From contig CAZQLX010000015.1 in the NCBI GenBank assembly GCA_964594495.1, positions 1-7,975 on the forward strand: a DNA stretch of 7,975 bases. The letters run 5' to 3'. The translations under genes and the position numbers were made by a program. Every line of letters begins with the position of its first letter. Position 1 is the stretch's first letter. The DNA is from Candidatus Woesearchaeota archaeon (lineage in GTDB: Archaea; Nanobdellota; Nanobdellia; Pacearchaeales; GW2011-AR1). The notes under the pieces were generated by a model, which was not told the DNA's origin, ran no database searches, and worked only from the letters and a program-made list of their open reading frames with translations. Shown in pieces: positions 4,906-7,975 of the stretch.

Positions 4906-7065
4906 TTATTCTACAATTGCTTTGATTCTTCTTATACCTGCAGCAACAGCTTCTTCTTTGATTATCTTGAAATGACCTAGTTCTGAGGTGTTGCTAACGT
5001 GTGGACCGGTACAAATTTCTTTTGAGAACCAACCGCGCTTTTTATCGTTTGGGTCGATAATTGTGTATACAGAAACGAGATCAGGGTATTTGGCTCCGAA
5101 TTCTGCTTGTGCACCTGAAGAGAGAGCAGAAGGAAGAGGAATCTCTTCTCTTTTTACAGATAGAGAGGCTTTTATTTTGTCGTTAACAATGGTTTCAACT
5201 TTTTTTATCTCGTCATCAGTGAGTTTGCGAGGGAAATTAAAATCGAAACGGAGGCGTTCGGATGTGATGTTAGAACCTTTTTGTTTTATGTCTTTTGAAA
5301 GAATTTGTCGAAGAGCTTCATTTAGAAGATGTGTTGCTGTATGTAATCTTCTAAATTCTATTGTATCTCCAGCAAGACCTGATTTGAATACTCCGGCAGA
5401 AGCAGTACGTGAAAGATCTTGATGTTTTTGGAATTCTTGGTTGTATTCTTCTAGATCGACTTTAATTGATTTTTCATCTGCTAACTCTTGTGTGAATTCG
5501 ATTGGAAATCCATAAGATTGGAAAAGAAGGAAAGCATCGATACCGGTAATAACTTTTTTATCTTGTGATATCTCTTTAAACTTTTTAATTCCAGCGTCTA
5601 ATGTTTTATTGAATCGTTCTTCTTCGAGGTTTAGTTCTTCAATGATGAATTTGTGATTTCTATGTAGTTCTTGATAGTCTGGATAAACTGAAAGAATAGA
5701 TTTAGATACTTTAGAAGTAAAATTATCTTTAATGCCGAGAAGCTTACCATACCTTATTGCGCGACGGATGAGACGTCTTAAAACGTAACCTTGTCCGATA
5801 TTTGATGGTTTAATTGCTCTTTCATCGCCTAGAATGAAGGTTGCTGCACGAATGTGATCGGCAATGATACGCATTGCTTTGGTATCGTTATCATTACTGC
5901 CATATTTCTTATGTGATATGGATTCTATTTCTTTTATAATTGGTTGAAATATTGTGGAGAGATAATTGTCATTTAGATTATTGAGAATCGTGAGGGTTCT
6001 TTCTACTCCCATTCCGGTGTCTACGTTCTTTTGGGAAAGAGGGACAAATTTAATGGCATTATCCTCTAGAAATTCTTTAATTTTTTCATCATCGTTTTTG
6101 TAAAGCAGAGTAGTTTTAATGCCTACTTTATGTGCTCCAGCTAAATTATCATCACTATGATCAAAATAAACTAATTGTTGTGGAACGAGATTATATTTTT
6201 CTAGAAGTTTATTGAAGAATTCAGGATTTTCCTTCTTTATTTCACCTTCAAAAGAAAATACTTCAAAACCTTTATTTTTTAATATCTTTTCTGCTTTTTC
6301 TTTATGTTTATTAATAACTAATATTTTCTTATTGTTAAAATTGTCTAATACGTTACTGAGTTCTGTATTAATTTCAAAGTTTTCATCGTATAAACAATCC
6401 ATTCCGTCAACTAAAAGCACAGTTTTACTTTTGTTATATTGCATAAAGACATCATTCCATATTTCTACCCAGTTTTTGTCTTTTGGATCGAATTTCTTTG
6501 GAGTTTTTTTACCGATGTAGTAAAACATTTCAGTATCTGGACCGCATGGGCCTGTTTCTCCAGCGGGACCCCACCAATTGTCCTTTTTTGGCAGAAAAGC
6601 AATGCGTTCTTTTGGAATTCCTAAGGAAAGCCAAATTTTAGCAGACTCTTCATCTTTTGGAGCATCTTTGTCTCCTTCAAAAACAGAAATTGCGAGTTTG
6701 TCTATGGGAAGTTTAAGGTTTTTTGTTAAGAATTCAAATGAAAACTTTATAGCATCTTCTTTAAAATAATCACCTAGAGACCAATTCCCTAACATTTCGA
6801 AGAAAGTGTGATGAGTTGTGTTACCTACTTCATCAATATCTCCTGTCCTGACACATTTTTGAACGTCAACAAGGCGTTTTCCTAGAGGATGTTTTTGACC
6901 GAGTAGAAAGGGAACGAGAGGATGCATGCCTGCAGTTGTGAAGAGAACAGTGGGATCGTTTTCGGGAATAAGGGAGGAAGAGGGGATATGTTTATGATGT
7001 TTTGATTTGAAGAATTCTACATATTCTTTAATTAGGTCTTGACGAGTTTTTATCTTTGTGTTCAT
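4906..7065 (-). CDS. alaS: alanine--tRNA ligase (bacterial-type AlaRS), 719 aa, with internal insertion and reduced C-terminal architecture
   Basis: Bacterial AlaRS motifs are present: DPTVLFTTAGM, QKCVRTGDIDEVG, HHTFFEMLGNWSLGDYFK, GPCGPDTEMFY, IWNDVFMQYN, DTGMGVER, ADHIRAATF and GYVLRRLIRRA. The editing-site zinc motifs are HTATH (aa 575-579) and CTGPH (aa 685-689). Confidence 0.95.
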   Translation of the reverse strand: MNTKIKTRQDLIKEYVEFFKSKHHKHIPSSSLIPENDPTVLFTTAGMHPLVPFLLGQKHPLGKRLVDVQKCVRTGDIDEVGNTTHHTFFEMLGNWSLGDYFKEDAIKFSFEFLTKNLKLPIDKLAISVFEGDKDAPKDEESAKIWLSLGIPKERIAFLPKKDNWWGPAGETGPCGPDTEMFYYIGKKTPKKFDPKDKNWVEIWNDVFMQYNKSKTVLLVDGMDCLYDENFEINTELSNVLDNFNNKKILVINKHKEKAEKILKNKGFEVFSFEGEIKKENPEFFNKLLEKYNLVPQQLVYFDHSDDNLAGAHKVGIKTTLLYKNDDEKIKEFLEDNAIKFVPLSQKNVDTGMGVERTLTILNNLNDNYLSTIFQPIIKEIESISHKKYGSNDNDTKAMRIIADHIRAATFILGDERAIKPSNIGQGYVLRRLIRRAIRYGKLLGIKDNFTSKVSKSILSVYPDYQELHRNHKFIIEELNLEEERFNKTLDAGIKKFKEISQDKKVITGIDAFLLFQSYGFPIEFTQELADEKSIKVDLEEYNQEFQKHQDLSRTASAGVFKSGLAGDTIEFRRLHTATHLLNEALRQILSKDIKQKGSNITSERLRFDFNFPRKLTDDEIKKVETIVNDKIKASLSVKREEIPLPSALSSGAQAEFGAKYPDLVSVYTIIDPNDKKRGWFSKEICTGPHVSNTSELGHFKIIKEEAVAAGIRRIKAIVE
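6049..6423 (-). other. HAD-phosphatase-like domain (about 125 aa) inserted in the AlaRS catalytic domain
   Basis: The insertion covers aa 215-339, between ...VFMQYNKSK and FVPLSQKNVDTGMGVER.... HAD-like elements are VLLVDGMDCL (motif I-like) and KILVINK (motif II position). They are followed by KKENPEFFNKLLEKYNLVPQQLVYFDHSDDNLAGAHKVGIKTTLL (motif III Lys plus the motif IV acidic cluster). Confidence 0.65.
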
Positions 7066-7086
7066 ATAGTGGTAGATTGAAAAGTG

Positions 7087-7094
7087 TATATAAA
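7087..7094 (-). promoter_or_regulatory. TATA-box-like element upstream of alaS
   Basis: The minus strand reads tttatata, 21 nt before the ATG at 7063-7065. There is no SD-like sequence. Confidence 0.5.
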
Positions 7095-7103
7095 ATTATT
7101 GAA

Positions 7104-7682
7104 TTATGCGGCTTTTAAAAGAAGCTTATTTTGCTGATAAAACTGTTCTACACTGTTGGGAATTCCCATTTTTGTCCACCACGGAGGGTTTTTCTCAAAG
7201 TCTCTTTCTCTTCCTTTATATTTAATTTTTCCGTGATAAATCATATAAGGCAAGTGAAAAGGAACTAAATGGGGACTAAGACGTTCTCCTTCTTGTTCAG
7301 GACGAATATGTAGTAATCTTTTTCCTTGAAACATTTCTCCAAGTCTAAGAACTGCTCTTCTCACAGCAACATCCTGAATGTGGTTGCTTGAAGTTTCTTG
7401 TAGATTATAGTCAAATCCTGCGTTTACATTGGATGGGGCAGTATCATATACATCGGAAGCTACACGTGTAAGCCAATTTAGAACCTCTCTTTCTTTTTTT
7501 AAGTGTTCGTAGTAAGCGTCTTCATATATTTGAAGTGCTTCTGGTTTGAAAATTATTCTGTCTCCCCATTGCCATCCAAGGCACCATTGATTTACACCAT
7601 ATTGATCATCAAATTTTTTATGAAGCTCTTCTCTACTAGCGCCGAAGTATCCAGGTCTATCAACAATCTCCCATCCAACCAT
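7104..7682 (-). CDS. hypothetical protein (192 aa), soluble, Trp/Arg/His-rich
   Basis: Long ORF with no TM segment or low-complexity stretch. A TATA-like element lies 21 nt upstream. Its composition differs from the Lys/Ile/Asn-rich neighbours. No family recognised. Confidence 0.75.
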   Translation of the reverse strand: MVGWEIVDRPGYFGASREELHKKFDDQYGVNQWCLGWQWGDRIIFKPEALQIYEDAYYEHLKKEREVLNWLTRVASDVYDTAPSNVNAGFDYNLQETSSNHIQDVAVRRAVLRLGEMFQGKRLLHIRPEQEGERLSPHLVPFHLPYMIYHGKIKYKGRERDFEKNPPWWTKMGIPNSVEQFYQQNKLLLKAA

Positions 7683-7703
7683 TTAAATTTATTAAGAAGT
7701 TGG

Positions 7704-7711
7704 TTAATAAA
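7704..7711 (-). promoter_or_regulatory. TATA-box-like element upstream of the 192-aa ORF
   Basis: The minus strand reads tttattaa, the same octamer as at uppP, 21 nt before the ATG at 7680-7682. A second tttatata-type element lies at 7714-7724. Confidence 0.45.
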
Positions 7712-7727
7712 GATTTATATAAAAGAT

Positions 7728-7975
7728 TTACGATCTCAATTTGGCTAACTTGTCTTTGATCATTGTGAGTTCGTCTTCTATCGTAAGATCTTTTGGATCA
7801 AAGTGATGTTCGATTTCGTGATGGATTGTTTCATGGAGAGTTTCTTTTTCATCATGGCGAGGATGATGAATCTTAGCATGGGGGAGAAGTTTATCTAGAA
7901 TTGTTAATTGTTCGTCTAAATCTTCAGGGATGATTGCTTTATAATTTGGGTTTTTGTCGTGCCATTCCTTAAGTT
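7728..7975 (-). CDS. 3'-terminal part of a His-rich hypothetical protein (gene continues beyond the window)
   Basis: Hand translation of the minus strand gives 82 stop-free codons: ...LKEWHDKNPNYKAIIPEDLDEQLTILDKLLPHAKIHHPRHDEKETLHETIHHEIEHHFDPKDLTIEDELTMIKDKLAKLRS, then TAA at 7728-7730. An open frame this long is unlikely by chance in such AT-rich DNA. It is absent from the ORF track because its start lies outside the window. Confidence 0.5.
   Translation of the reverse strand, partial: LKEWHDKNPNYKAIIPEDLDEQLTILDKLLPHAKIHHPRHDEKETLHETIHHEIEHHFDPKDLTIEDELTMIKDKLAKLRS

Noticed and set aside
4753-4980. 75-aa + strand ORF spanning the Cys-repeat/alaS junction
   Set aside because: It is antisense to two supported genes and their intervening promoter. 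It is a shadow ORF.
4988-5422. 144-aa + strand ORF
   Set aside because: It is antisense to the conserved AlaRS editing domain, its Arg/Ser-rich composition is typical of antisense frames, and it has no promoter-like element.
6049-6423. Intein as an explanation for the AlaRS insertion
   Set aside because: There is no Cys/Ser/Thr nucleophile at the N-terminal junction, no terminal His-Asn followed by Cys/Ser/Thr, and no Hint or endonuclease block motifs. The motif pattern fits a HAD-like fold instead.
6212-6769. Three overlapping + strand ORFs (6212-6520, 6439-6624, 6578-6769)
   Set aside because: All are antisense within alaS and rich in Phe/Ser/Leu low-complexity sequence. They are shadow ORFs.
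7503-7748. 81-aa + strand ORF
   Set aside because: It is antisense to the 192-aa ORF and its promoter region, and it is low-complexity.
1-7975. tRNA, rRNA, C/D-box sRNA, CRISPR array, transposase or integrase
   Set aside because: No T-loop-like GTTCRAnnC with matching acceptor stems was found, and no C-box/D-box pairs occur in spacers. There are no regularly spaced direct repeats, and no ORF has recombinase or transposase motifs.

Overview
This is an AT-rich, gene-dense window with nine probable protein genes. I found no rRNA, tRNA, CRISPR array or recognisable mobile element. Confident calls are a NodU/CmcH/TobZ-type carbamoyltransferase (281-2014, -), undecaprenyl-diphosphate phosphatase UppP (2777-3556, +) and a bacterial-type alanyl-tRNA synthetase (4906-7065, -). 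The other calls are a membrane-anchored cysteine-repeat protein (3720-4865, -), a 192-aa orphan (7104-7682, -) and a 61-aa ORF (59-244, -). There is also a small CxxC...CxxC zinc-ribbon protein, with its start re-set to 2242. Two ORFs are missing from the supplied track: a 54-aa ORF at 2563-2727 (+) and a 3'-partial His-rich ORF at 7728-7975 (-). Nearly every start codon has a TATA-like octamer 21-23 nt upstream and no Shine-Dalgarno. That looks like archaeal leaderless transcription, so a DPANN-like small-genome archaeon is my best guess and a CPR bacterium is the alternative. The most unusual object is the AlaRS. It carries an in-frame insertion of about 125 aa with a HAD-phosphatase-like motif pattern inside the class II catalytic domain. 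It also lacks the editing-domain beta-barrel and the whole C-Ala domain. The second candidate is the 381-aa surface-anchored protein, built from 11 units with an almost invariant C-x13-C spacing. Two strong inverted repeats lie in intergenic DNA. All family assignments rest on motif recognition by eye; no searches were run.
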